Shown here: piece by piece, positions 63,126 through 64,000 of the stretch
Layout of the letters: every line of letters starts with the position of its first letter
Numbering within the stretch: position 1 is the first letter of the stretch
From: Mobula hypostoma
Lineage: Eukaryota
Direction of reading: 5' to 3'
Assembly (NCBI RefSeq): GCF_963921235.1
Contig: NC_086097.1
Coordinates: forward strand, 227,914,001 to 227,978,000
Length of the DNA stretch: 64,000 nucleotides
The notes under the pieces: model-generated
Databases searched by the model: none
Seen by the model: the letters and a program-made list of their open reading frames with translations, nothing else
What the model was told of the DNA's origin: nothing
Made by a program: the position numbers and the translations under genes

Positions 63126-64000
63126 AGATATGTCTGGAAACAATAATCTAACCTACTAAACTCATCACCACTTAAAGTACTATTTCCTAGCTTAAAGCAG
63201 AGTCCTTGAAGCAGAACCTAACATTTAACAGCATTCAACTCCACAAGAAGAACAGGGGATCTTCAAAGTAATGGTGAAAAAGATCTTTCTGCCATTTTCC
63301 TACATATTCTGTTGGTCTTCTGTCAGTGGAAGGCAATTGAAATCTTGGTGAAATTTCAGTAACAAGATGTTTTAAAGCTTGCATTGCATGGATACAACTA
63401 GAGACCGGGGGAAGATGAATAAGTAGTTTCAGAAGGCTCAACACACATAAGGAAGTTCAACTGATTTCCTGGAAAAGCTGAGCAAGGGAGGATAGGGGGC
63501 AGAAACAGAACAGTACATAGAGTATTACAAGAGATTTCTATAGATGAAGACAGATTGCTGCAGTTTTGCAATATATCTAAAGGCCTTAATGAATTCTTAT
63601 TGCATTTTTTGTAATTTTCAGCAATTTTATATCTTTGCATTGTACTACTGGCACACAATCACAAGTTTCACATCATGATAGTCAGTGATAATAATTATGG
63701 TTCTGATTTGGAAGCCTGGGACCAGCAGGAACTGATCACAGAGCCTCTGCATTGGTACATGACTCAAATGGCAGCATCTCCAACCACTCTGTTCCTGAAA
63801 GGAAGGGACGAGCAGGCCAACACCATGTCTGCAGTGCGTCTGTGGATAGCTGTGCTTGTAGTTCTTACACACTGAGAGCAGGACCTCAGGAGATATCAAT
63901 GTCCTGAACACTTAAGACCACGACAAGTAACCATAGTAGTTGTCTCTCTCTCTCTGGCTATCCATCACAGAGGATGATAATGGTTCCTTTCAGTCAGTTA

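Noticed and set aside
63185..63225. Minus-strand ttag|G TTC TGC TTC AAG, resembling the start of the missing exon (GFWFFK)
   Set aside because: Reads FCFKDSALS then stop; not the exon.

Overview
Vertebrate genomic DNA, most likely a cartilaginous fish (ray/shark-type repeat landscape; inference). The only host gene I can support is a serine incorporator (best match SERINC3) on the minus strand. Six coding exons with canonical GT-AG sites and consistent phases (40813-40676, 30361-30192, 19005-18918, 14372-14204, 12514-12299, 8983-8836) encode about 309 C-terminal residues. The 5' exons were not found and probably lie beyond the window. The rest is mostly decayed transposable elements: CR1, Rex1/Babar, RTE and L1 LINE fragments, tRNA-derived SINEs, a Gypsy-type solo LTR with a 4-bp TSD, and minisatellites. 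The most interesting signal is a family of short Penelope-like-element (PLE) terminal repeats. Each carries a minimal type-I hammerhead ribozyme motif (CTGACGA-AGG..CCT-GAAACGTC). Several are inserted as self-contained palindromic mini-elements with 12-14 bp target-site duplications. One sits exactly at the ribozyme cleavage position of an older copy, and one has the same ribozyme-inactivating mutation in both arms. All calls were made by eye; no database searches were run.
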